Source: Felis catus
Taxonomy: Eukaryota
Assembly: GCF_018350175.1 (NCBI RefSeq)
Contig: NC_058370.1
Span: 15,128,001-15,192,000, forward strand
DNA: 64,000 bases
Reading direction: 5' to 3'
Under the pieces are notes generated by a model. It saw only the letters and a program-made list of their open reading frames with translations. It searched no databases and was not told where the DNA came from. Below, piece after piece: positions 36,601 through 49,700 of this stretch (positions within the stretch are counted from its first letter, which is position 1; each line of letters begins with the position of its first letter). The position numbers were made by a program, and so were the translations under genes.

Positions 36601-39600
36601 NNNNNNNNNNNNNNNNNNNNNNNNNNNNNNNNNNNNNNNNNNNNNNNNNNNNNNNNNNNNNNNNNNNNNNNNNNNNNNNNNNNNNNNNNNNNNNNNNNNN
36701 NNNNNNNNNNNNNNNNNNNNNNNNNNNNNNNNNNNNNNNNNNNNNAAAATGTGTTCATCAACTGCTGATGTTATTGGTAAGGTTTCAGTCAACATAAAGG
36801 TGTTAGTAGTTAAGTTTTTGGAGTCAAAGTTTATAATATGTGGGGGCGTCTGACTGGCTCAGTTGGTAGAGTGTGGGACTCTTGATCTCAGGGTAGTGAG
36901 TTCGAGCTCATGTTGGGTGCAGAGATTACTTAAAAATTAAAAAAAAATGTTTTATCTATTTTTGCAAAGAAAGAGAGAGAGGGACAGAGAATAGGAGTGG
37001 GGGAGGGGCAGAGAGAGGGGAACACAGAAGATCTGAAGCTGGATCCACGTTGACAGCAGAGAGCCCATGTGGGGCTCGAACTCACAAGCTGTGAGATCAT
37101 GACCTGAGCCGAAGTCAGATGTTTAACCGACTGAGCCACCCAGGTGCCCTGAGATTACTTCTAAAAACAAGTTTATACGTGCATTTTCTACCACAGGAAA
37201 TTGGCGCCTCTCATCCCTGCCTGTTCAAGGGTCAACTGTAATTAATGATCATTGATGAAAAATTAGAAAACTATGTAAAAAAAAAAAATCAAACTTGAAA
37301 TTTCCCATATGCACAGGCTACTGTTAATATTTCAATGTAAATTCCTCATTACTCTTTTCCTTGTAAATATATACTACATATTTTTCCTAACTAAGTGCAT
37401 TAATACAATACATATTACTTCACAAGCCACTGTTTTTCATTTAATAAATATTTGGCACCAAGTATAGACGTGCTGGGGACATAGTAGTAAATAGCACCTG
37501 CAAAGTCCCTGCTCTTGTGGAGCTCACACTCTGTGGGCAATCTGGAAATAAGGAAATCAACAAACATACAAACAAGGTAATTTCAGATCATGATAAATGC
37601 TCTGGAGAAAAAAAGTCCAGGCAGATGTGACAGACAATTAGCAGAGGGGAGGCTGTTCGGAGAAGGCAGCCTTCTGGGCTGGGCAGGAGGAGGAGGAGGA
37701 GGAGGGAGAGGGGGAGGAGGAAGAGGAAGCAGCAGTTAGAAGAAAAGCTGAGGGGAAGCATGTCAGCAGCAGGGAAGAGTGCAAGAGCACCAAGGTGGGA
37801 ACAGACTTGGCCTGTGTGAAGAAAAAGATGGCCTGGCAAACAACGGGCAGAGGAGAGAGGGGTGAGTGAGGAGCCCTATAGTCATGTGAACACCTGTGTC
37901 ATGTGAGCGGCATTTGACAGGCCGGGGCACTCCCCTCTTCTGGAAACTTCCTACAGGCTCCTGTGGCCACACTTCCCTGGTTTTCCTCCTACTTGTGTGG
38001 CCACTTTCTCTCAGCCTTTTCTGCTGGCTCATCTTCCGCAATCTGGTTCATTCTATCTTCTTCCATTTGGTATTCTATCTACTCTCATCACGTTCACAGC
38101 TCCACTTAACATCTATAAAGTGACGACACCATAATTTAAAACAATTTTTTTGAGTAGAGTTGACACACAATGTCGACTATGATTTTTTCTCTTCAGCTGT
38201 GGCTTCTCCTTTGAGCTACAGATTTATACAAGTCTGTCTGATGTCTATGCGCTGAGGTCCCCAAATCTGCCAAGTCTGAACTCATGACCTTCTCCTCCAA
38301 ACGCTGCAGTGTAGGGTGCATAAGTCTCCGTGTGAAATTATGTGCATATTTTGTGGTAATTTAATTCATACCTGTCTGCCCTAACCAGGCTGTCAGTTTT
38401 ATGAGAGCAGGAACCCTGCCTGTTCATTTGCCATTTGTTCCTTTGTTTCCTCATTCATTTATTCATTCATTCATTCACTCACTCGCTCACTCACGCAATC
38501 ACTCAACACTTTGTGTACACATATTACGAGTCATAGTCTCAGGCTGGGAATACTGCAGCGGACAAGATCAGGCCTCAACTCTTGCAAAGCTCAAGCTTTT
38601 AGCAGAGGTGGGGGTGGAAAGGGAGACAGGAAGTAGGTGCACAAACTATTAATAATTTCATATTGAAATAAATGGTAGAAATAAACAAGTAAGGTGACAG
38701 AGATTAACTGGAGGTGAGCAAAGGAGTGAGATGGGGTGCTACTTTAGATGGAGTGGCCAGGAAAGGCCTCTCTGATGAGGCAATATTTGAGCCAAAGCTG
38801 AAGAAAAGGAGGCACCTATATAAAGAGTTAAGGATAGAACATGCTGGGCAGTGAGAACAGCAGGTGCCAAGGTGCCGAGCTTGGTGTACTGGAGAAGCAG
38901 AAAGGACTCCAGTACAGCTAGAAGACGGCCAGCGAGGGAGTGGTGGGATGAGATGAAGCTAATGGAGCTACTGCAGGTAGGGAGGGCTCTGTGGATCATG
39001 TTAAGGCATCAGGGTTTTACTCTGCCTGCGGTGGGAAGTCACTGGGCTTTAAAGAGGAGAGCAACGCAATCTGGTTCATCTTTAAAGAGAAAGGTCTGGC
39101 TGCCGTGAGAGTGGACCGGAAGAAGGCAAGGGGGGAGGCACCTCCGGGCTCAGATACACATTTGAGAATCATCAGCAGTTAAACTGCTCCAAAGCCACAG
39201 GACTGGAGGGAATCACCTAGAATGAGAGTGAGCCGCAGAAGAGAAGGGGTCTGAGGACTGAATTCACGAACGCACCAATGGTTAAGAGGGCAGGTAGAGA
39301 AGGTGAGCGGGTCCAGGAAGCCGAGGAGGAGCGGACGCAAAGTCAAGGCACTGGAGAGGAGTGTTCGAAGAAACATGAAATGACCCCGTGGCACAAACGC
39401 TACCAAGAAGTAAACTGAGGACACTTCGGGTCCAGAGGATCTGACAACATGGAGGTTACTGGGGACCCTGACATGGGAGGGGTTTTGGTGAAGTGGTGAC
39501 GAATGGCACCGAAACAAAGTGAGTGAAAGAATGAACAGCAGGTGCAAAGTGGAGCCAGTGACAGCCTCCTTTCCCAAAGTCTAGCTGTAAGAGGGAACAG

Positions 39601-42600
39601 GGTGGCAGCCGAAGGAGACCGTGGGTTCAAGGGTGGTCTGTTTTTGTTCCTCACTGCATTCTCAGTGCCCCCATGAGTGAACACACATAGGTGAAAACAT
39701 ACATAGGGAGAAGAAGAAAATGCACCAAAATGTTAATATGAGTTACTGCTGGTAGGGAGATCAGGAGGAATTTTAATTTTCTTCCTCATAATTTATTGTG
39801 TCTAATTTTAACATAAACCAGCAGCAGGTAACATTTACTGAGTCTTTGTTGCTGAATAAATGTTTTAAGAGTACCACCACATTTAAACCTCACAACAATC
39901 CTATGAGGTAGCACCTCTCTACTCACTTTGCAGATGAGAAAATGGAGATTCAGTGAGGTGAGGTAACTTGCCTGAAGTCACACAGTGAGTCCAGCCAGCA
40001 CTCATGTCTGGATGGTGTAAATCAAGAAAAAGCCTGCCTTCTTAACTACTATGCCAAATTGTTAATGGATGTATATTACTTGCATAAATAGAATGAACAA
40101 ATAAAAACAACTGCTGTGCAAAATAAAATGAAGGACACAAAAAATGCAAGGCAACGGGCTATAGCTAAGATCAGCCATTTCTCCCTAAGAAATCGCCATA
40201 AAGGGATATCTAAGGAGATTTAGGGAACATGACTGAGATGGTAAATGTCGGTAACAGAAGTGCAAGCAGGCAAATCAAGTCTTAACCCAAACAAACTAAA
40301 AACCCTACTCTAATTGTATCATGTCCAATGTGATGAATCTTTGCATGTAATGAAGTTCTGTGTGTAGTTTAGACAAGGGGACCCCAAAGAACTTCCGAGT
40401 ACCTGGCCACCAAAAATTAGGTTCTGTTGTAAGGTAGTTGCGTATTACATTTACTATTTTTTTAAAAATGTTTGTAATGTTTATTCAGTTTTTGAGACAC
40501 AGAGAGAGAGCCATGAGCAGGGGAGGGGCAGAGACAGAGGGAGACAGAATCTGAAGCAGGCTCCAGGCTCTGAGATGTCAGCACAGAGACCGAGGCGGGC
40601 TCGAACTCACAAACCGTGAGATCATGAGCTGAGCTGAAGTCGGATGCTTAACCGAGCCACCCAGGCGCCCCTTACATTTATTATTTTTATTTTTTTAAGA
40701 TTTTATTATTTTTTAAAGTAATCTCTACACCCAACGTGGGGCTTGAACCCATAACCCCAAGATCAAGACTCGCACACTCTACTGACTGAGCCAGCCAGGG
40801 GTCCCTAAGGCAGGCGAGTGTTATAATTATGACTAGAACTCCCATGTATTTAATGTCTAGTATGTTCTGCATCAGTAGTGTATGTATATTTTCTCATTTA
40901 ATCCTTACAGCAAACCTTGGGGGTAGGGGGGTGGGATTCTTACTCCTAATTTTAGGAATAAGGAAACTGAGGAACAGAAAGGTCAAAAGACTTGTTCAAA
41001 GTTTCTTGATTCGTCTCGTTTCAAGATGGACTTTGGGCTTTCTACCTTCCTGTGCTCTGGTCATATACCTTCTGTTCCACATGCTAGCTTCCCAGTCCCA
41101 TCAATCCCAGCAAGGGGGGAGTCCACAAGGTGGACATGGGGATTCAGGAGACTGGAAAGGTGAAACCATTCGTGGAGTACAGACTATGCCCAGTTCACTT
41201 TAATCTCATCTTTCATGGGGACTCGGGCATAGTTTTCACACATTTCCCTTCCAATCTCCTCATGGCAGCCAGAGTGATCTTTCAAAATGCAAATCTCATT
41301 AGGCGGCTCTTTTGCTTAAAACACCATAGTACAATTCAGTTTGCAGTGCTCTGCTTGATTTGGCCTCTGCTTACCCTTCCGACCTCATCAAGTATTTTCT
41401 CCACCCTCTGAAAATCAGCAACCCTGCCCGCTTTCCGTCCCTTAGATGTACTCCGCTCCCTTACCTTGTAGTGTACTCTCTCACTGCCTCCCACACTCAC
41501 AGCACTTAGAACAGTTTGTAATCCTAGGTCTATTGTATGATTACTGGAGTAACATCAGGGATCTGGGGGTAAGGACCATGCCCATCTGGCACAGTGCTGT
41601 CGGGGCGTGGCACAGAAATGGCACACAGTGGGCTCTCAATACATATTACCTGAAGCGAGAAATAAACTCAAAAAAAAGCATTCTAGGGGGCACCTGGGTA
41701 GCTTACTTGGTTAAACGTCCGACTTCGGCTTAGGTCATGAACTCATGGTTTGAAAGTTCAAGCCCCACATCAGGCTCTGAGCCTGCCTGGGATTCTCCCT
41801 CTCTCTCTGCCCCTCCCCCCCCCCCCCCCCCCCCCCAAATAAATCAACTTAAAAAGAAAAAAGCATTCTGGGATGCAACTGAGACTGAAGGTTTATTAAT
41901 TTAATCTTGATTCAGTTCAAACTTATAGTAACGTTAGCAAACTGCCAGGTTTTATTACCAGCAGACGTTACAACTGATTATAATATACTACAGACCCAGA
42001 GTGAATTAATGAATTGGCCTCCTGGGAGTTTGGCTAGCTTAAATGTGACAGACCATGAGAAGCAGATCAGCTTTCACTGCACTGGTGGATGGAATCTTGT
42101 CCTCTCGAGGCTGAGGCTCCGGCCCTGGTCTCACTCTTTTCTGAGGCTGTGCCTGAGCAGCTGGCCAGCCAAGCACCCAGAAGACATCACTGTCTCATGT
42201 CTGAGAATCATCCTCACACGACTAAGCTCAAACTAGCCTCTGTGCCTCTGAGTATGAAAAAATTTCCATCTCTGATACCTAGTGGTTTCACAGTCGAGCA
42301 CAAAATCCGGATGATGCTGACAATTCCTATTAGTAAGAACAGCTGACACACGCAAACAGGTTCACTTCTATCTTGGGAACACAGCCATATTTATAGACCT
42401 GATGTCATGCCTCCTGACCACACCCTGAGAGGCAGAAAGGGTGACAGTCTCCATGATGCCAAAAGGGGCTATAACTACTTGAAGAGTTAAGTCACCAAGT
42501 ATTTGCAGAGGTGAGACAGTCCTTAGCTATTCTAACTCTTGCTTATTCTGAACCACAGTTTCTTCTTCTGTAAACTAGGGATTAAAATATGCCTTCTGGG

Positions 42601-45600
42601 ATGTCAATGAACTAACACACGTGAAAGTATCTATCACAGAGCCTGGCACATGGGAGCCACTTCCCTCCTCTCTGCCAGCAGCAGCTCTAAGCCCTAGATG
42701 GATATTAGTGGCTCGTCAGGCACCACACCCCCCGCTCCCCCCAAATACCATGAACGAAGTGATCACATTTCTTAATAGAGCCCTGAGGACTAACCCTGTG
42801 CCTACATCTCTTGCCCCCTTTGGTCTCACCTGCTCCAGGCAGCTCCGACAGGCCTCCTGGATCAGCTGCTCTGCGTCCACTTCTTCCCCCACATTGTCTC
42901 TCACATTCAGTGCTGCCTTCTGGAAGAACTAGGAGGAAGCAGAACAGAGGACAAGGTCAGAAGACCTGCTAATTTGCATCAACTTGAAGGAAATGGAATA
43001 TAAAAGAGAAGCTTTTGTCTTACCCTCATACAGAAGGGAAAGGGATTATGAATGTGGCTTTGAGATCAGACAGATTTATTAAAAAAATTTTTTTTAGGGG
43101 CGCCTGGGTGGCTCAGTCGATTAAGTGTCTGACTTCGGCTCAGGTCATGATCTCATGGTCCGTGAGTTTGAGCCCCGCGTCGGGCTCTGTGCTGACAGCT
43201 CAGAGCCTGGAGCCTGCTTCGGATTCTGTGTCTCCCTCTCTCTCTCTGACCCTTCCCCATTCATGCTCTGTCTCTCTCTGTCTCAAAAATAAATAAACAT
43301 TAAAAAAAAATAAAAAAAAAAAATAAAAAAAAAATTTTTTTTAAATGTTTATTTTTGAGACAGAGGGAGACAGAGCGCAAGTGGGGGAGGGGCAGACAGA
43401 GCAGGAGACACAGAATCCGAAACAGGTTCCAGGTTCTGAGCTGTCAGCACAGAGCCCGATGTGGGGTTCGAACTCATGAACCACGAGATCATGACCTGAG
43501 CCAAAGTTGGACGCTTAACCGACTGAGCCACCCAGGAGCCCCAAGATCAGACAGATTTAGAGTCAAATCCCAGCTTCCTCACTTTATTCTCTCTTAAGGA
43601 GGGTAATAATCATGGAGATGCCCAAAGGATGGTCATTACAGCATTAATGTGTAAGCAGTACAAAACCAAAGAATAACTTAAATGTCCAATTATTGCTCAA
43701 ATAAATCGTGGTATATCCATACCAGGAAGTAGTGTGCAAATATTAAAAACCACAGCGAGAAAAGGGGCGCCTGAGTGGCTCAGTCAGTTAAGTGTGTTGA
43801 CTCTTGGTTTCAGCTCAGGTCATGATCTCATGCTGGTGAGTTCGAGCCCCGCATCGGGCTCTGTACTGACAATGTGGAGCCTGCTTGGGATTCTCTCTCA
43901 GGGACCCTCTCTCTGCCTCTCCCCTGCTCACGCTGTCTCTTCTCTCTCAAAATAAATAAATAAACTTAGAAAAGAAAAAAAAAGATTCTCTCTCTCCCCC
44001 ACTCTGTTCCCCTCTACTGCTCACTGTTTCTAAAATTAAAAAAACAATCCCTTTCCTTTCCTTTTGAGAAAGAGAGCAAACAGGGGAGAGAGAGGGAAAC
44101 AGAATCGGAAGCAGGCCCCAGGCTCTGAGCTGTCAACACAGAGCCTGATGTGGGGCTCAAACTCACGAAGCATAAGATCATGACCTGAGCCGAAGTGAGA
44201 CACTTAACCAACTGAGCCACCCAGGCGCCCCGAGAATATATTTTTGACATGACAAGGCATTCAAGACATATTGCTAAGTGAAGGAAGCAAGGCATCAAAC
44301 AGTTTCGTACAGAGTGAGTCTATTTATGTAAAACAGCATAAAGCAAACACAGACAAAAGAACTGTAAAAATTTTATTAAAGTAACAGTGGTGATATTATG
44401 GATGACTGTTGTCTTTCTTTTTTTTTTTTTTTTTTTTTTTTGCTTATCTATAGTCTCAATTTTTATAATGTACCTGTATTACTTTGTATAGGAAAAGAGC
44501 AACAGCCCAGGCCAGGAAAGATCCTGAGCGTAGAAGGTCCTCACTGAATTTTTTGCCCTATCTGAAAGAAATGTGTGGGATGGACAGCATGAGACCTGGC
44601 CAGGGCCCCAGGACACCAGAAGTCCCAATCAGCTGGGGAAAGGGAAGGCAGAAGGTTCCTCTATGGGGGAAGAGGGAGAGCTGGAACCTGAAAACACTGA
44701 GGGACAGGTGATGAGCGGCCTCAGATGGAGTCACTGAGAACACATTCACAGTAAGAGTCCAAGTTGTGTCCTAAAAGAGTGTTACAGAAAAATGCTGGCA
44801 TCTATAATCACTGCTCCTACTGTGGGAACGTACTTTCTTTCTCTTCTTCTTTTTTTTTTATTTTAAGTAGGCTTGGGGCACCTGGGTGGCTCAGTCAGTT
44901 GAGCGTCCGACTTCAGGTCACGATCTCGCAATTCAGGAGTTCGAGCCCTGTGTTGGGCTCTTTGCTGACAGCTCAGAGCCTGGAGCCTGCTTCGGATTCT
45001 GTGATTCCCTCTCTCTCTGCCCCTCCCCCACTTGCACTCTGCCTCTGTCTCTCAAAAATGAATGGTAAAAAAAATTTTTTTTTAAATTTTAAGTAGGCTC
45101 CGTGCCCCCCAACTTGGGGGCCTTGAGATTAAGAGTCATGTGCTCTACTGAGTCAGCCAGGCACCCTCAAGGAGATACATACTTTCATTTTATTTTATTT
45201 AAAATAATTCTTGAAAAATGAATCTATCAGTATCTGTATTCAGCTATTTTTTTTTTTAATGTCGGTTTATTTTTGAGAGACAGAAAATGAGCAGGGGAGG
45301 GGCAGAGAGAGAGGGAGACAGAATTCAAAGAAGGCTCCAGCCTCTGAGCTGTCAGCACAGAGCCCGATGCTGGGCTCGAACCCATGAACCATGAGATCAT
45401 GACCTGAGCCAAAGTTGGGTGCTTAACCGACTGAATCACCCAGATGCCCCCCCACTCCCTGCTTTTTAAGTTTATTTTATTTATTTTGAGAGACAGAGAA
45501 CAGGAGGGAGAGAAAATCCTAAGCAGTCTCCACACTGTCAGCATGGAGTCTATGTGGGGCTCAAAATCATCAATGGTGAGATCATGACCTGAGCTGAAAT

Positions 45601-46668
45601 CAAGAGTCAGATGCTTAACCAACTGAGTCACCCAGGCACCCACATTTTATATTTGGCAAGGCCAAATGCCTGATATTATTAATGTCCAGCCAAGGAAAAG
45701 AGTGAGAAAGTGTGGATTAGAAATCTCACGAGATGAAGAGGAAAATTCTTCAGGCCAAATTAAATGAATGGTCACAGTTTCACCTTAGAACAAAACCCTA
45801 AGAACTAGAGATTAATGCTGGTATTCAGTGTTGAGTACTGGCTAAGTGAAAGCTAGTTAAAACAGTCTGGATTCTTTACAGCCAGCAGGGGAGATGGCAG
45901 TGTGATGAATATACAGGGGTGACTGTAAGTGATCTCTGGACCTGAGAATGAAATTTGGTCCTGAATAAGGTGTTCGCAAATGCTGCTGGGAGAAATACAA
46001 AATTGTACGACCTTCTGGAGAGAAATTTTCTCGGGGCAAAAAATGTTTTCCTTTCTAGCCACCAATTCCATCGCTAGAAATTTATCCTCCAGAAAAACTC
46101 TCACAAGCGAATAAAGATGTACACTCAAAGTGTTCAGTGTAGCACTGTTTGTAATAGATAAAAATTTGAAATAATCTGAATGTTCTTGAGACTATCTAGT
46201 TGTGGTACATCCATACAATATGCTATTCTGCAACTATTATAAAAGAATCAGGGTGGGGCACTTGGGTGGCTCAGTTGGGTTAGGCAGCCACCGACTTGAT
46301 TTCGGCTCAGGTCATGATCACATGGTTCGTGGGATTTCACCTCGCTGACAGTGAGGAGCCTGCCTGGGATTCTCTCTCTCCCTCTCAAAAGAAATAAATA
46401 AACTTAAAAAAAAAAAAAAGTATCAGGGCGACGGGGCGCCTGGCTGACTCAGGCAGTAGAGCACGTGACTCTTGACCTCAGGGTCGTGAGTTCAAGACCC
46501 AAGGTAGGCACTGGGATTACTTAAAAAAAAGAAAAAAAGAAAAAGAATCAGGGTGAGCTATTATGTACTGACCTAAAAACAGGACCAAATTATATTGTTA
46601 AATGAAAATACTGAGTTGCAGAACAGTGTGTGTAAAATGATGCCACGTAGTTTTTGAACATGGGTGTG

Positions 46669-46712
<44 letters not shown>

Positions 46713-49700
46713 TAAGTATGGGAGACTACGTAGTCCCTGTTAACAGTTTGGTATCTTTGGGAGGTTTAAGTGATTTTAGGTTTTTACTTTTTAAAATATT
46801 TGTATTATTTTTTCCCCAATATTTTCTTATGAAAAACTTCAAACGTAAAATTGAAACAATTATTCAATCAGGGACTACCTAACATCTACCACGTGGAGTC
46901 TATAATTAACATTTTGTTACATTTGCTATAACGTATCTACTTATTCATCCCTTTGTCCATCCATCAATCTATCTTATGAACTATATTATTAGGATATTTC
47001 TTTTAAAAAGAGGGGTGCATTTAGTCATCACACAAATCAATAACAATGAACAGATGAACAATGTCTCAGATAAGATCAGTCATGGCTAGAAGTTACTACC
47101 CTAAACATTTTTAAAACAATGGATAGACAGAAGAGGTCAATCAACAGTGTGAACTTATCTGAAGCAGTGATATAATCAAGTCTCTTATCTGAAAACAAGG
47201 GTGATAAGGAGATATACATTTTTTAAGTTTATTAATTTCTTTTGTGAGACAGAGAGCACGAGGTGGGGGAGGAGCAGAGAGAGAGAGAGGGAGAGAGAGA
47301 ATGGGGGGGGCAGGGGGTAGAGCAGAAAGAGAGGAAGAGAAAGAATTCCAAGCAGGCTCTGTGCTGTTAGCCCAGAGCTGGATGTGGGGCTCGATAACAC
47401 AAACCATGAGATCATGACCCGAGCTGAAATCAAGAGTTGGACGCTTAACCGACTAAATCACCCAAGTGCCCCAATAAGGAGGTATCTCGACAGACTACAT
47501 AAGAAGGGAGCACAGAGCCACAAATTGTGTTCATCCAGCATTTGTCCAGGAGAGAAAGTTCTTGAATCACGGTATCCACTATTGGGAAATGATAAGGAAA
47601 GGGCTTTGGAGACCGGCAATCCTAGACTGACTCCTGGCCTAGCCTTTTCCTAGTGGATTAACCTCTTTACTTCTGCATATGTAAACGTGTGCAGGCATGA
47701 GAATACATGGTGCATTCTGGAACATGCAATATTTAGGGGTAGTAATAACCAGGTATATGGGGAGGTATGGCTGGGGTCTGATCACAGTGGGCCATATATG
47801 CCATGTTAAGGAATCTCGATTTCACCCAGAAGGCAATGGAAAGTCACCGAGGGATTTTAAATAGGGAAGTGACACCCTGAGATTTACACCTTAGATGTCA
47901 CTGGCAGCTGTATGGAAGGTGAGTTGAAAGAGCGGCAGTTACAGCCAGAGCCTGGGTGAGAGAAGATGAAAGCGTGAACCAAGGCAGAGGCAAGGAAGAA
48001 GATGGGTGACGAAGGCATGTGTGACGGATGATGAAGTGGAAGGTACAGGACTCCGTGACTGGATGGGAAAGGTGAAGGAAAGGCAGAGTTCTTGGGTTTC
48101 CAGTTTCTAACGGAATGGTAGTCCCATTCAAACTTCACACTGAGCTCCAAAACTGAGCTCCCGATTCCCTCGCTCGTTCCTGCTTTCCTCATAGCAAGTC
48201 AGTGGCAATGCTATTTTTATAGCTGCCCAGGGCAGATAACTCAGAAATTGTTTACTTCTGCTCTTTTACCCCGCACATCTGAATTGCCAGCAAATCTTGT
48301 TGGCACCTTTAAAATACACACTAGAATAGAATAGAATAGAATAGAATAGAATAGAATAGAATAGAATAGAATAAAATAAAATAAAATAAAATAAAATAAA
48401 ATAAAATACACACAGAATCTGGGGTCCCTGGGTGGCTCAGTCAGTTAAGCATCTGACTTGATTTCGGCTCAGGTCACAGTCTCGTGGTTTGTGGGATTAA
48501 GCCCCACGTTGGGCTCTGTGCTGACACAGCTAAGCCTGCTTGGGATTCTCTCTCCCTCTCTGCCCCCACCTTCCTCACCCCCCACTCATGCACAAGCATG
48601 TGTGTGCGCTCATGGGATCTCTCTCAAAATAAATAAAAACTTTAAAAAAATGCACATGGAATCCGACTCCCAACACCTTTACTGTTAACACTCAAGCCAC
48701 TATCATCTCAAGCCTCCTAACTGGTCCTCCTGCAGCTGCTGCTTTTCACATCAGAGTGACCCTTTAAAAATATTCAGATCAGGGGTGCCTGGGTGGTTCA
48801 GTCGGTTAAGCATCTGACTTCAGCTCCGGTCATGATCTCATCGTTTGTGAGTTCGAGCCCTGCGTCGGGCTCTGTGCTGACAGCTCAGAGCCTGGAACTT
48901 GCTTCAGATTCTGTGTCTCCCTTTCTCTCTGCCCCTCCCTTGGCTCACACTCTGTGTCTCCCTGTTTCTCAATAATAAATAAACATTAAAAAAATAAAAA
49001 AAAAATTCAGATTACAAGTACTCTGCTCAAAACTCTCCAAGAGCTTCTATTTTACTCAGAGTAAACCCCAAAGTCCTTACTGTGGCCTCAAAGGTTCTGC
49101 ATGAAAGGGGCCCCTATTTCCTCTCTGATTACCTCTCATTACCCTCCTACTGGCTCAGTTGGTTCTAGCCACACAGGCAACTTTGTTGCTCTTTTTTTTT
49201 TCAAAGTTTTATTTAAGTAATGTCTACACCCAACATGGAGCTTGAACTCATGACCCCGAGATCAAGAGTTGCCAGCCAGCCTTCTCTTCTGAGCCAGCCA
49301 GGGGCCCTGACTTTGTTGCTTTGAATGTGCCAAGCACACTCGTGCCTCAGGGATTTTGCCCTTGTTCCCTCTACCTGGACTGCTTTTCCCTGATGTGTCC
49401 ACATAGCTTGTATTTTCCTCACTTTATTCAAGTCTCTGCTCACGTGTGGCTTTCCTAGATACACTCTATGAACTAGAACTGCTCCCCACTGGTCACTCTC
49501 CCCCTTCTCTCTGGTGTTCCTAATGCAGTACATATCAGTTTAAAGAGAACAAGGACACTGTCATTTTGGTCATTGCTACATCCTCAGTGCCTTGAACAGT
49601 GCCTGCTATTATGGTGGGTTCTCAGTAAATACTTCTTGAGTGATTAAACAAATACAAGAAGAGGAAAAGGTTTAGGAAGAAAAACAGATCAGTTCTCAAT

